From Candidatus Micrarchaeota archaeon (GTDB lineage Archaea > Micrarchaeota > Micrarchaeia > Anstonellales > Anstonellaceae): 64,000 nucleotides of DNA. Below are positions 9,615 to 20,100 of this stretch, piece after piece. The position numbers and the translations under genes are program-made. The stretch covers positions 230-64,229 of the forward strand of contig JAKAJC010000004.1 of the NCBI GenBank assembly GCA_021814005.1. The letters are read 5' to 3'. The notes beneath the pieces are model-generated. The model was not told the origin of the DNA. It saw only the letters and a list, made by a program, of their open reading frames with translations, and did not search any database. Numbering within the stretch: position 1 is the stretch's first letter; each line of letters begins with the position of its first letter.

Positions 9615-9623
9615 TTTTATAAA
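9615..9623 (+). promoter_or_regulatory. TATA box of the nine-gene operon (leaderless first gene)
   Basis: TTTTATAAA ends 22 nt upstream of ATG 9646. There is no SD between them. Confidence 0.5.
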
Positions 9624-9645
9624 CGATATCAGTGTTGCATCGTCA

Positions 9646-12600
9646 ATGTCCCGCTCTAGGCCGCCTTCATATGCAGTATATGGCATAGCCCTCATTCTCA
9701 CCCTCTCATTCCTGCTTATTCTCATTCCGCCAGCGTCTGCCGGCGCAATCTGCTACGACTCGGCCAACACGACATATGTGCAGCTCAATTCAGACTGCAA
9801 CGCGCCGGGCCAGTTCTGCAATGTCGAGGCCTATGTCTACACCATGGTTTCGGCCCCGGGAGCCACCACTCCCAAATCGGAAGGAGTCAGCGGCGGGCTG
9901 GTAATCCTCAGCTGGGGGCAGGGCACAAGCAGGGCCTGCAAAATGGTCACCGGCTCCGACGGCAAGAACACGGCCAAACTGTCAGGCCCGAACTACCCTC
10001 CCGGCGCAACCTGCTGGAACGTGCGCGCAGTCTTCTGCCCGTTCACAAAAGACAACACAATAGAAAGCGGGCAGACCACGATGGCCGCCTGCGCCGGCCT
10101 GGTCGACGACGCCGGCAAATCCATCACTCGCATTGACTGGAATCAGGCGAGTCAGCTGCCAGACTGCGCCGCGCCTGCGCATGCGGTGAACAATTCAGCG
10201 ATGAATCAGGACCTCTCGCCATTTTTCCGCCCCTCGCAGGACTCGACAATGATATGCAACAGCGGCCCTTCTGCGGGGCAGGTGTCATTCTGCTGGGGCC
10301 TGGCCCTGGTGTTCGGGCTTCTCTTCTCGGCCTCTTTCCTCTCGGGCCGCAACCCGCTGATGTTCTTTGATTTCGGGGTGGCGCGCGGCGTGCGCATGAA
10401 CCGCGCGGCCGGCATATACACTCCAATCACCCAGAACGTGTCCATCAACCCGGTTGCCATTCTGCAGGCAATCGACAAGGCCGGCAGCATGGCTTCGACC
10501 GCGGTCGGCTCAGGCAGCAAGGACGACGAATACAACAAGAACTCGGACGGCACGGAAAAAAGCTTTGGCCAGAAGATGGATGCCGCCGGCCGGAAAGGAT
10601 TTATCACAAACGCGGTCGGCAAGACAATCAACGGCCTGTCGGACAGCTTGTTCGGCAAACTGACCGGCCAGTCGAGCGACGACTTGACCAAATCGCGGAA
10701 CGCGGCCTCGAAAGGTTTCACCTTGTCCAATGCGCTCAATTCGGTCGGGCAGAGGGCCATGGAAGGAATGGTGCTCGGCGCGCTCGGCACCCTGGCGGGC
10801 GGCAAGTTCGGCAAAATCGCGCTCGCCCACACTGGCAAGGAAGTTGCCAGCCAGATGTCGAAGGCGGCCGGTCACGGCATAGCGAGCGGGCTGGAAGCCG
10901 TCACTCCCAACGCCGACCTGGCCAAGAATGAAGGCAACAAAGGCCTTAGCGACAAAGACAGGGCCGAGCAGCTGAAAGTGCAGATTGCAGCCGCGCTTGA
11001 CAAGGATGTAAGCCTCTTCAACGTCGTGTCCGACGGCCGCGGCGGTTATTCAGTCAAGATGGGCGACGTGGTGGTCGGCGGCGTCACCCGGCCGAACGGC
11101 GCTGACGGGCCGCCGCTCTGCACATTCAACGACATCAGCTCCACGGGGCTGAGAGTGTCCAACGTGCTCCAAAATCTTGCCTTCGGCTCCAGCGCCGTGA
11201 CCTGGGTAATCCTCGATCCAGGCAAAGGTGTTGTAAAGGGGGCGGATGGCAAGTGGGCGCTTGCCGACCCCAATAACAACGGCATAACCGGGGCTTCCAA
11301 CATTTTCAACCGCGAGCAGATGATTGTTTCGGCTTCCAGCGGAGGCGTGAGAATACAGCTTCCCAACGGCCAGTGGGTGTCGATGAGCGGCAGCAGCGCC
11401 TTCTCCGACCATGTCGCCACCATACTGGATTCTATCGGGCTTTTCGTTCAGGGGCAACTCAACATCTTGGATTTGCTCAAGTCCATACTTTCGCCGGTGC
11501 TGTCCGTCGGGACGGTGGCCTCCAACGCCTTTGCCGCCCAGAACCACCCGACTGTGCAGGACGCAACCCGCATTATAGAGTTCAACAACCAGAATATTTT
11601 CATCAAGTCAAGCGGCGTCTATGAAAAAGACGAAACCACCGGCGAACTCAAGCCAATCGGCACCTATGACGTGAAAACAGAAACAATCAAATTCACCAAC
11701 GACATCCATGACCCCAAAAATCCGGCAAGCGAATCTTATCTGGAGGCCGGCGCCACCTACAAGCTCTCGCCCGACGGCACCATGACACTGGTGGACAAAG
11801 CGCATCCGCCAAAAGCACTTCCGGTTGTCATCACCACTGCCGCCAAAACCTCTGTAATCACAATAGATTCAGACAGCAACATCAAGAGCAAGGGGCTTGA
11901 CGGCGAAAAGGTCGCGCCGCCGGCCGCGCCGGCCGAAAAGGTCAATGTCGCGGTCAAACTCGCGAACGTGAACGGCGGCGGGGAGGAGAAGCTCGATTTC
12001 ACAATCACCCCGATGACATCAGACCACTCCGGCACGCGCGAGCTTGTCACCCTCTCGCACTTTGACCCGGTCGCGAAAGTCAACCTCCAGGTAATCGCCG
12101 AAGTGGACAACACCAAGAAGCCGACCGATACCGACTATATCGTGGGCGTGAAAGCCATTGTCAACCGCGCGCCTGAGACCGGCGGCCATGTTGTGGTCGG
12201 AGAGGTGCTGAGCATCGGTGACAGAAACGGCACGCCGTTGAAAGACGGCAAGTTCACATTTGACAACAACACATATGGCATCGGAAGCGCCACACTCTCA
12301 AGCGATGTCAAGATTGAACTCAAGTCCCCCGCCACTCAGACTGCGCCGGTGAAAGAGATATCAATCTCACCCACTACTCCGCCCGAAAAGATGACCGTTA
12401 TTCCGCTTGGCGCAACAGCCACGAGCGGTGATCCCGACGCCAAACTTGTGCTGGCCACCACGCTTAACACCAATACCCAGTACGTGATGGACAACACAAA
12501 CGAGGCCAATCCGAAAGTGCTGGCAGTAATCAAACGCGACGAGGACGGGCACGCGACAGCATACAAACCGAATGCCGACGGCACGGCCAGCTCGACCGAA

Positions 12601-13956
12601 ATCGACAAATTCGTTTTCCACGGCACGCAGCATGAAGTCGACATCACGACCAGGCACTATCCTCTCGGCAGCGAGCCGAGCACTGTTGTCATCTCCGACA
12701 CGCGCGTGGTGGACGGCGCAAGCGGCGACGCGTGGAAGGCGCAGCAAACCCTGCCCAGCGGCGAAAAGGTCATCTCATTCAACGGCACCACCTGCACTGT
12801 GCGCGAAACCGAAGTGGCATATGGCGCGGGTTCCAAGCCAGAAATGGTGGTATATGACGGCGGCCTGCCGGTCGGCACGGCTCAGTTCGATGACAAAGGC
12901 CATCTTCAAAGCGTGACAATAGACTACGACAATCAGGGCAGGAAGCTCTACGACCTGCCGCCCGTCGGTCCCAACCCCCCGTCAGTGCCTATTGCAGTGT
13001 TTGGCGACTATGCGCCCGGCACCGTGGTAAAGGCCAGCGGGCCGGAGGGCAAGGACCCCGAGCTCACAGAATATCTCAATTCTTCGCAAATGAACCGCCA
13101 CATGGTATTCGACGCAATCGGCGCGCAACTGGCCTCGGGCATAGACAGATTCGCCTCAGGCATGGACTACTTCGGCCTGTTCGGCAAGAAATTCTCTCCA
13201 GAAGGCGGCATGCAGTGGCTCACTGCATCGCTTTACAGCGAATATGTGAAATCTCCCATCGAAACAGCGCAACCTGGCCGGGGCTTTGACAGCATCAGGC
13301 GGGACGAGCTTAGGGAACTTTACGAAAAGTCGGGCGCAGAAGACTATGACGCCATGCGCCGTGAGGCAGAAGAGAAAAAGCAGCAGGAAGTTACGAAGTG
13401 GGTTCAGGATGTTGACAAGTTCAACAAGAGCGGCGCTGCCGGCCCTACTCCGCCCATGCCAGAGCCGCTGGAAAGAACCATGCCCTCGCGCTATGTCGAT
13501 TATCTGGTCAAACAGGTGGACGCTGGCATTGCCCCCGTCCTTTCCGCCCCGTTCACGGAAGGAATTCCCTATCGCGTTCAGGACAAAGAGGCGCGGCATG
13601 AGTCAGTTCTTTTCAAAAACCAGGCGGAGTTCGACGAGCTCAACTCAAACAATGACCCGAACAAGTATGCGATGAAAATAATCGAAAAAATAAATGCATA
13701 TGAAAACGACCTGCTCAAGCGCGTGAACAGCAGCGCGCAGAGCGGCGACCCCAACTACAAGCCGTTCACCAACTTGGGCGAGGCGCTCCTCGCTCACAGT
13801 TTCGCCACAACCGAGGACCCGAACATTGTCAAGCCCACGTGGGCCAAGAATCTTGACCCAGACCTTGTGAACGAGATGAGCAATTACATGAAAGTCTCAT
13901 CGTCTGTCAAGAAACTCGACAACCTGACGAAATACTATGAAAAGCAGGGCCAATGA
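9646..13956 (+). CDS. Operon gene 1: 1436-aa bitopic giant protein with a signal-like helix, a ~200-aa Cys-containing loop, a second TM, then a ~1190-aa Cys-poor region
   Basis: Same frame as track ORF 9535..13956. Start moved to ATG 9646 (MSRSRPPSYAVYGIALILTLSFLLILIPPASAGA). 10 of 12 Cys lie before or within the TM at ~10285-10345 (hand count). Arg residues follow the TM (positive-inside). No family recognised. Confidence 0.85.
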   Translation: MSRSRPPSYAVYGIALILTLSFLLILIPPASAGAICYDSANTTYVQLNSDCNAPGQFCNVEAYVYTMVSAPGATTPKSEGVSGGLVILSWGQGTSRACKMVTGSDGKNTAKLSGPNYPPGATCWNVRAVFCPFTKDNTIESGQTTMAACAGLVDDAGKSITRIDWNQASQLPDCAAPAHAVNNSAMNQDLSPFFRPSQDSTMICNSGPSAGQVSFCWGLALVFGLLFSASFLSGRNPLMFFDFGVARGVRMNRAAGIYTPITQNVSINPVAILQAIDKAGSMASTAVGSGSKDDEYNKNSDGTEKSFGQKMDAAGRKGFITNAVGKTINGLSDSLFGKLTGQSSDDLTKSRNAASKGFTLSNALNSVGQRAMEGMVLGALGTLAGGKFGKIALAHTGKEVASQMSKAAGHGIASGLEAVTPNADLAKNEGNKGLSDKDRAEQLKVQIAAALDKDVSLFNVVSDGRGGYSVKMGDVVVGGVTRPNGADGPPLCTFNDISSTGLRVSNVLQNLAFGSSAVTWVILDPGKGVVKGADGKWALADPNNNGITGASNIFNREQMIVSASSGGVRIQLPNGQWVSMSGSSAFSDHVATILDSIGLFVQGQLNILDLLKSILSPVLSVGTVASNAFAAQNHPTVQDATRIIEFNNQNIFIKSSGVYEKDETTGELKPIGTYDVKTETIKFTNDIHDPKNPASESYLEAGATYKLSPDGTMTLVDKAHPPKALPVVITTAAKTSVITIDSDSNIKSKGLDGEKVAPPAAPAEKVNVAVKLANVNGGGEEKLDFTITPMTSDHSGTRELVTLSHFDPVAKVNLQVIAEVDNTKKPTDTDYIVGVKAIVNRAPETGGHVVVGEVLSIGDRNGTPLKDGKFTFDNNTYGIGSATLSSDVKIELKSPATQTAPVKEISISPTTPPEKMTVIPLGATATSGDPDAKLVLATTLNTNTQYVMDNTNEANPKVLAVIKRDEDGHATAYKPNADGTASSTEIDKFVFHGTQHEVDITTRHYPLGSEPSTVVISDTRVVDGASGDAWKAQQTLPSGEKVISFNGTTCTVRETEVAYGAGSKPEMVVYDGGLPVGTAQFDDKGHLQSVTIDYDNQGRKLYDLPPVGPNPPSVPIAVFGDYAPGTVVKASGPEGKDPELTEYLNSSQMNRHMVFDAIGAQLASGIDRFASGMDYFGLFGKKFSPEGGMQWLTASLYSEYVKSPIETAQPGRGFDSIRRDELRELYEKSGAEDYDAMRREAEEKKQQEVTKWVQDVDKFNKSGAAGPTPPMPEPLERTMPSRYVDYLVKQVDAGIAPVLSAPFTEGIPYRVQDKEARHESVLFKNQAEFDELNSNNDPNKYAMKIIEKINAYENDLLKRVNSSAQSGDPNYKPFTNLGEALLAHSFATTEDPNIVKPTWAKNLDPDLVNEMSNYMKVSSSVKKLDNLTKYYEKQGQ

Positions 13957-14032
13957 TGAAGCGAACAGATGAGAAAAACAAATGATGAAGCGAACAAATG
14001 GGATTTGCAAAAATTTATTGAAGTGATTTGAA

Positions 14033-14971
14033 ATGGCAGACGAACTCGAACCGCCCGTCAACCGCCTCGGCATGAGCGCGGCGGAATTCAGCGAACTGGC
14101 GATGCGCCTGCGCGCGAAGCAGCCGCAGCTGCGCGCCATTGCCCAGCGCCTGCTGGCCGCGCGGGTCGTTATCAATTCAGTCGAGGAGCCGCTGCGCGAC
14201 GCCACAAGCAAACTGCTGGAGGCCGGGGAAATCCCGCCGGCAAAACTCAAAGACCAGTTCCTGTCCATGCGCCGCGTCAAGGAGGATGCAGAGCGCACTG
14301 CCGACTTCTACAAAGCGGCCGGCAACGCCCTCTCGTCGCTCTTTCTCTCCCCGCTGCCGCAGCAAAAGCATGCGGACGCGGCCGGCAAGAGAATGATTGA
14401 GCTTGGAGACGAATGGGAAAAATGCCGCTCAACAAATAGGCCCCGCGCCGATTACATCCGCCTGCTGCTCCGCGATTTGAGTTACACGATATTCTCCCTG
14501 CCCCTCACCCCGCCCGCCGACGGCATGGGCGCGGACCAGCGGCGCGAACTGCTGATGAGCGAAGCGATGGGGCGCGCAAAAGTCCAGACTCTTCAAACGC
14601 AAATTCCATTCGACACCGGCAACGGCATCATCTACCGCTCGCTGGAGCAGGCGCAGGCCGAAGCCGCGCAGCAAGCCGGACAAAAACTGGCGCCAATGCC
14701 GGGCCAGCCTTCGCGCCGCCCGTTGTCGGCCGTGGTCTATTCCCCTCCTCCGTCCATCGCCTCCGCTCCCCGCTCCAGAGCAAGCGGCGCCGGCATAAAG
14801 CCGGACCGCGCGGAGATGGTGCGGCAGATGGCGGTGCAATCGGCCCGCACGCGGCGCATCACTCCCGCGATAAGGCCGATTCCCCCCGCCGGAAAAACAA
14901 AATCATCCAAATCAAAATCTTCAGCGCGAAAACCAGCGGCAAAGAAAAAGAAACCAGAGCGGGGTGCCTGA
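14033..14971 (+). CDS. Operon gene 2: 312-aa soluble protein, helical N-terminal part with a Pro/Ser/Arg/Lys-rich basic tail
   Basis: No hydrophobic segment. Tail reads ...PPAGKTKSSKSKSSARKPAAKKKKPERGA. A GAAGTGA SD-like site lies 6 nt upstream of the ATG. Confidence 0.8.
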   Translation: MADELEPPVNRLGMSAAEFSELAMRLRAKQPQLRAIAQRLLAARVVINSVEEPLRDATSKLLEAGEIPPAKLKDQFLSMRRVKEDAERTADFYKAAGNALSSLFLSPLPQQKHADAAGKRMIELGDEWEKCRSTNRPRADYIRLLLRDLSYTIFSLPLTPPADGMGADQRRELLMSEAMGRAKVQTLQTQIPFDTGNGIIYRSLEQAQAEAAQQAGQKLAPMPGQPSRRPLSAVVYSPPPSIASAPRSRASGAGIKPDRAEMVRQMAVQSARTRRITPAIRPIPPAGKTKSSKSKSSARKPAAKKKKPERGA

Positions 14972-14974
14972 GCA

Positions 14975-16141
14975 ATGGTCGATTTTCTGGTGGCTGTCCC
15001 ATACGGCATAGCCATCGGCACCGGAATCGTCGCATTCGCCTACATGATAGGCTCGCTTCTGCAGTCGGACGCCATGAAATCGTGGAGCCGCCTTGAGCTT
15101 GGAGAGCTTGTGGTCTCGGCCATTCTTGTGGTGCTGGTTGCCGAGGCGCTCAGTCCGGCGGGGCAGGCCGGCATCATCAAGGCCTTCACCGGCGTGTCGA
15201 TGGGAATAGACGAGCTGCAGTCGAGGATGTATGTCTACATGGAGCTGCCGCTGGAAAAAGTGACAGAAGCCGTCGCAATAAGCAGCATGCATCTCAGCCG
15301 CATCATTTCCTACAATTACAACTACCAGCTGCCAATTCCCTACTTTTCGCCCACCGGCTCATCCAGCCCGGGCGCGGGAGCGGGGCCGCTGCAACTGTCG
15401 GTAATGATTGGCATGGATTCCACCGCTCTCAATCTCATGCTGGTCCATGCGGTCAAGCTGGTGTTTGTCTTCCTGATTTTCCTGCTGGGCACGTTCTTCA
15501 TGCCGCTCGGCATCATCCTGCGCTTCATCCCGCCTTTGCGGAAAATCGGAAGCATGCTGCTGGGCACGGGCCTGGCCGTCTATCTGGTGTTTCCCATCGC
15601 CATCTTCTGGGGCACGTCACTGCTGGCATTTTCGGTGAGCCCGCCCGATTACGACGCTGGCCGCCTGGTGCAGGACCCCGGCCGGCCTCCAACTTCCGGA
15701 TTCGTGTGCAGCACCGTCACGTCCGCCCTCTACAGCGCGGGCGAGCAGATTCCCGCATGGATAATCGGCGGAATAGTCTGCATCCCGACAATCATCACCG
15801 GCGGATACGTGGCCTGCGTCGGCACGCCCGGCTCGCCTCCGACATACGGGGGCGGAGTTGCCGGCATCGTTGCATACCTGATGTGGCTGTTCCAGTACGG
15901 CTTCCCCATCGCCACAACACAGTCGCTCAAGAGCGCGGGCGACACGCTGACGCCGGACTTCGTCTCCTCCGGCGTGTACCAGCCCATGGTGGGCTACCTT
16001 CTTCCATTGGCGGTGGTGCGAAATCTTGCGGTTCTTTTCATCGTAATCCTCGCGCTGGCGGCAACAATAATCCTGGCGCGCCAGTTCGCGCAGGTGCTGG
16101 GCGCGGAAGGGCAGTTCTACGGGCTGACAAAACTGGTGTAA
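14975..16141 (+). CDS. Operon gene 3: 388-aa polytopic membrane protein, paralog family member
   Basis: Starts 3 nt after the gene 2 stop. Carries Y-x17-E (AFAYMIGS...SRLEL), LRFIPPLRKIGSMLLGTGLAVYLVFP and the C-terminal VLGAEGQFYGLTKLV motifs. Confidence 0.85.
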   Translation: MVDFLVAVPYGIAIGTGIVAFAYMIGSLLQSDAMKSWSRLELGELVVSAILVVLVAEALSPAGQAGIIKAFTGVSMGIDELQSRMYVYMELPLEKVTEAVAISSMHLSRIISYNYNYQLPIPYFSPTGSSSPGAGAGPLQLSVMIGMDSTALNLMLVHAVKLVFVFLIFLLGTFFMPLGIILRFIPPLRKIGSMLLGTGLAVYLVFPIAIFWGTSLLAFSVSPPDYDAGRLVQDPGRPPTSGFVCSTVTSALYSAGEQIPAWIIGGIVCIPTIITGGYVACVGTPGSPPTYGGGVAGIVAYLMWLFQYGFPIATTQSLKSAGDTLTPDFVSSGVYQPMVGYLLPLAVVRNLAVLFIVILALAATIILARQFAQVLGAEGQFYGLTKLV

Positions 16142-16144
16142 TGG

Positions 16145-17197
16145 ATGGAAAACACGGCAGGAAAAATCGGTTCGGTTTCCCGTTTCGGGTTCGCCCCACT
16201 CGCAGTCCTCTCCCTGCTGTTTCTAGTCTCATCCTCTTCGGCCATCTTCGAGCCGCAGCTCTCGTGCTTCAACCAGACCTACAACATGGTGTATGATTTC
16301 GGCTCGCCAATCATCGCCGTCATTTTCATCATGGGCGTGCTCATCGCGATTGCGTACATGCTCGCGCAGCTTTTGGAAAAACCCGAGCTGTCGGTGTGGG
16401 CCAAGAGCGAAATAGTCACCCTGGGCTTTTCCATCCTTCTCATCGGCGCGGTGGTGGGCACGTTCGGACTTTCCTGCACAATCTCGAACTCGATGGTGTT
16501 TTCCGACTCGCGCGAATTCGCCAACAGCAGCGTGGTGGGGTCCGGCGCGCCGGCCAACGTTTTCACCAGCCCCGCGCAGAGGGCGGTGCAATATATCGAC
16601 AAGCTCACGCAGACCTACGGCCTGCGCCTCGCATCCGACCTCACCCGCCAGGCGGTGAACGACCAGCTCGGCGCGGTGGCATACGCGTACTGGTCCGTGC
16701 CGGTGCTTGACGGCGGCGGGCTTGCATACAAAGCCAACCAGCGCGCATGGGCGGCGCAGAAAGACATTCTCATCGACCTCTACATGCCGATGATGATTTC
16801 GCTGCAGGTGCAGAAATTCATGCTCAACCTGGCCATGGTCGGCGTGCTGAACATTCTTCTGCCGGCCGCGCTGCTTTTGCGCACGTTCTTCTTTTCGCGC
16901 GACATCGGCAACCTGCTCATCGCGCTCTCGTTTGCAATCTTCTTTGCCCTGCCGGTAGTCTATTCGTTCGGCTTCGAGGCGTCGGCAAATCTGCAGAAAC
17001 AGCTCTGTCCGTCGGGCTGCGACCCGCTCAATCCGTTCGGGCAGCTGAACATAGTCAAGGACCGCGTGGTTGGCGACAGCTATGCGAGAATCGGCTTCAT
17101 CTCCACACAAGCGATTTTAATCCCTAATCTCGCGCTGGTTGTGATGATAACCATGACCATGGCCCTAAACAAGGCCTTGAGAGGGTTCACAGGATGA
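16145..17197 (+). CDS. Operon gene 4: 350-aa polytopic membrane protein, paralog family member
   Basis: Starts 3 nt after the gene 3 stop. Carries AIAYMLAQ...WAKSEI and LRTFFFSRDIGNLLIALSFAIFFALP. The C-terminal tail motif is degenerate (KALRGFTG). Confidence 0.85.
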   Translation: MENTAGKIGSVSRFGFAPLAVLSLLFLVSSSSAIFEPQLSCFNQTYNMVYDFGSPIIAVIFIMGVLIAIAYMLAQLLEKPELSVWAKSEIVTLGFSILLIGAVVGTFGLSCTISNSMVFSDSREFANSSVVGSGAPANVFTSPAQRAVQYIDKLTQTYGLRLASDLTRQAVNDQLGAVAYAYWSVPVLDGGGLAYKANQRAWAAQKDILIDLYMPMMISLQVQKFMLNLAMVGVLNILLPAALLLRTFFFSRDIGNLLIALSFAIFFALPVVYSFGFEASANLQKQLCPSGCDPLNPFGQLNIVKDRVVGDSYARIGFISTQAILIPNLALVVMITMTMALNKALRGFTG

Positions 17198-20100
17198 GAA
17201 ATGAAAACGAAAACCCGGCGCGCCGCGAATCCGGCGTTTGCTTTGCGCCAGTCAATACGGCGCCAGCCGGCTTCCTGCCGCTGCACGCGCCGCATGTTTT
17301 CCTCTTCCTCCTCTGCCTTCTCTGTATCTCTCCAATAATTTTCTCCCAAAACACCACAATCCAGCCCGTGCTCACCGCCCAGAACGCGACTTTCGGGTTC
17401 GACAATTACGTGCGGGCAACCCTCGCGGCCGCCGCCCTCATGGCCGCAATCATGGCTCTGGTCTACATGGCAGGCATATTTTTCCAGAGCGAGGATGCCA
17501 AACAGCTGGCGCGCACTGAAATTCTGCAGACTGCTCTCAGCGTGATAATAGTCGCATTTCTTCTGGCCATTCTGCTCGGCGTCGACACCGGCCTTCGCCT
17601 TACCTCGGCCGAAATAGTCTCGCCCTGCGTGGGCCGCACCCTGCCCGCAAGCATCACGTCCGCCACTCTTCTCAACCAGTATGCATTCTGCTATGCGCAG
17701 GGCCTCAACGAAATGGCCATCGCGCAGGGCGACACCACAATCCGCAAGTCTGTCACATTTGCCAAGAAAGCGTATCGCATGGAAGGTTTCCAGACAGATT
17801 TGTGGTGGCTGCTCTACGGCGGCCTGACGCGCCGGCCCGATGCCAACCTGCGCCTTGACTCGGAAATCATGGGACAAGAGTTCACTCTTCTCACGTCATT
17901 CATGGTGAGCCTGCAGGGGCAGCTGGCATTTCTGCAATATATCGTGCCCGCGCTCGCGCCGGCGCTGCTTTTCCTTGGCGTCATCCTCCGCTCGCTTTTC
18001 TTCACCCGCAAACTTGGTGGCATGATGCTGGCAGCGGGAGCCGGATTATTGCTGGTGTGGCCGGCCACCTATCTGCTCTCATGGTTCACATTGCAGGTTG
18101 CGGTGTTCGGGCCGTCGGTGATGGGCGAGGAGCCGGGCTCGACCTGTCCAACCTCATGCAAAATCCTTCCCCCCGCCGGCTACAACATCTCAACAGCAAA
18201 TCCCGATTCATGGGGCAGTCCGCCTGCGGGTTCGCCTTATGCAACCGGCGCAATCAGCGCAAAGCAAATGGCAAGCGCCGGCGGCAGCTCGATTGCGCCT
18301 GACATCGGCGACGAGGCGGCCTGGAAACTGCGGGGCGTCCAGACCTGTTATCCGCAATACAATTACACTGAAGACAAGACAACCGGCACCCGCACATACA
18401 CTCTGCCGGCCGGCTATTCCAGCAGCGTGCCCGTGCAGTCTTCGGACAAGTGCCCCTCGGAGTGCCGCTTCCTTCCCACCCCGACGGATTTGAACTGCGA
18501 CCTGGCCGCCTGTGACAACATACCAATAGCCTGCAAGGCAATCAGGGCCATGAACCTTTCCACCTCGCCCCTGCCGAACCCGCCGGACAACTGCAACTCG
18601 TGCACCAGCTGCCCGGCGTTCTGCCGCACAATTTTGCCGCAGGTGAAATATGCAAACCCCGCAAACCCGGCCGCCGGAGTTGTGCCGACAACGAACGCGA
18701 ATTCATGCTCGGCCAATCCCGGCAATGCAACCCTATGCCCGCTCTACTGCCGCTCCTATTTGCACACGGACGCCAGCAACACGATTTCCTATTCCACTCC
18801 CGACTGCCAGGCCGCATGCCAAGCGACTCTTGACAACAAGAAAGACGCGGCAACGAGCCAGCCCGACTGCATGCTCGGCATTCCGGCCGCCATGATGGAG
18901 TGCAACACCCCCAACGTGTGCGGCCCTGCCATGAACCTTGAGGCTGCCATCGCCTCGGGCCGCACCGACCTCTGCCCGATTGAATGCCGCGTGAATTTCA
19001 ATTCATCTGGCACCGAGGACAGATACAAGGACCCGACATTCAACCAATACTGCACCGGCTCCGGCAAGTTCGGCACCGCGTGCGACACGCAATGCCCGAG
19101 CACGTGCAAGGTGAAAGCAAGCGCCGAGAACGCGGCGCTGCCAAATTCATTCTCGCTGGGCGTGCCCAACTCGTTCATAGTTTCGACCGGCGCAGGCAGT
19201 GTTCTTTGCGCGGCAGCCCCCACTTTCACAAACGGCCAGATGGACTCGAGCGTGAACGGGCAGTGCGCACGCTGCCCGCTCTCATGCCGCCTGCGCAACC
19301 CCTCCTCCATCCTCGACCTTGACAACAACCACAGCACTTACTTCTTCTCGCAGTCGCATTATGCCCTCACCTGCAATTACCGCAACACCACCCCAATCAT
19401 CCTGTACTCCGGCGCGTGCAGAAATTCCACATTCCCGCCCGGCTGGCTTGCGTTCGCTTCCGAAGATCCATCCGGCATTTCGTTGAGCCAAATCGGCCGC
19501 GGCCCGCCGGAATGCGCGCCAACCGCCCGCATTTACCTGCGCATGGATTCGTCAGACCCGCTCTGCCCGCTCTTTCTGGCCCCAATCCCGCCTTACATCA
19601 AGGACGGCACTCTTTCAAACGACCCTTCCAATTCCGCGGTGTCTGCCATCATTCCGCCAAACACCGACGTGTCGGCCGAATGCTCCACTCCCGATGCGCA
19701 GAAATACTGCCTCGGCAAAGACCCGCAGGGCCAGCCCTATTGCGACATTTCCTGCCAGCCAGACCGCGCCGTGAACGGGCCGTTCTACTGCCACTTGACC
19801 GACCTCTACAGCCCGCTCTCCAGCATTCCCGACAACACGCAGCGCTGCGGCGCCTGTTCGAGCCCGGCAGCAGACAATTCCAAGGGGCCGCAATGCCAAG
19901 TCATGCTGACAAGCGGCAGCACCCTCTATCTGCCCAAAGGCTGCGACCCGTCCTGCGCGCCCGGCTCGCTTGACACTGCGACCGGAATAATCCTCAACCC
20001 CGACACAGACCCCAAGTCGAGGGCTTCATGCGGCGGCTTCTGCTATCCGCGCCTGCCCATCCCCTCGTGCAGCGCATATGCCCCCGCCAGCACAACCAAT

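Noticed and set aside
9535-9645. N-terminal extension of operon gene 1 given by the ORF track (similar extensions at 21093-21428, 36320-36487, 38770-39084, 41000-41113 and 49651-49752)
   Set aside because: The extensions run across TATA boxes, overlap upstream genes, or encode implausible low-complexity peptides. Internal starts with proper TATA or SD spacing are preferred.
13952-14004. Duplicated AATGATGAAGCGAACA (two RUGAUGA C-box-like motifs 28 nt apart) in the gene 1/gene 2 junction: a possible C/D-box sRNA
   Set aside because: The spacing fits C to C', but no CUGA D or D' boxes occur at the expected positions (AGAA and GGAT instead), and there is no terminal stem. The first copy overlaps the gene 1 stop codon. 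It is more likely a small local duplication.
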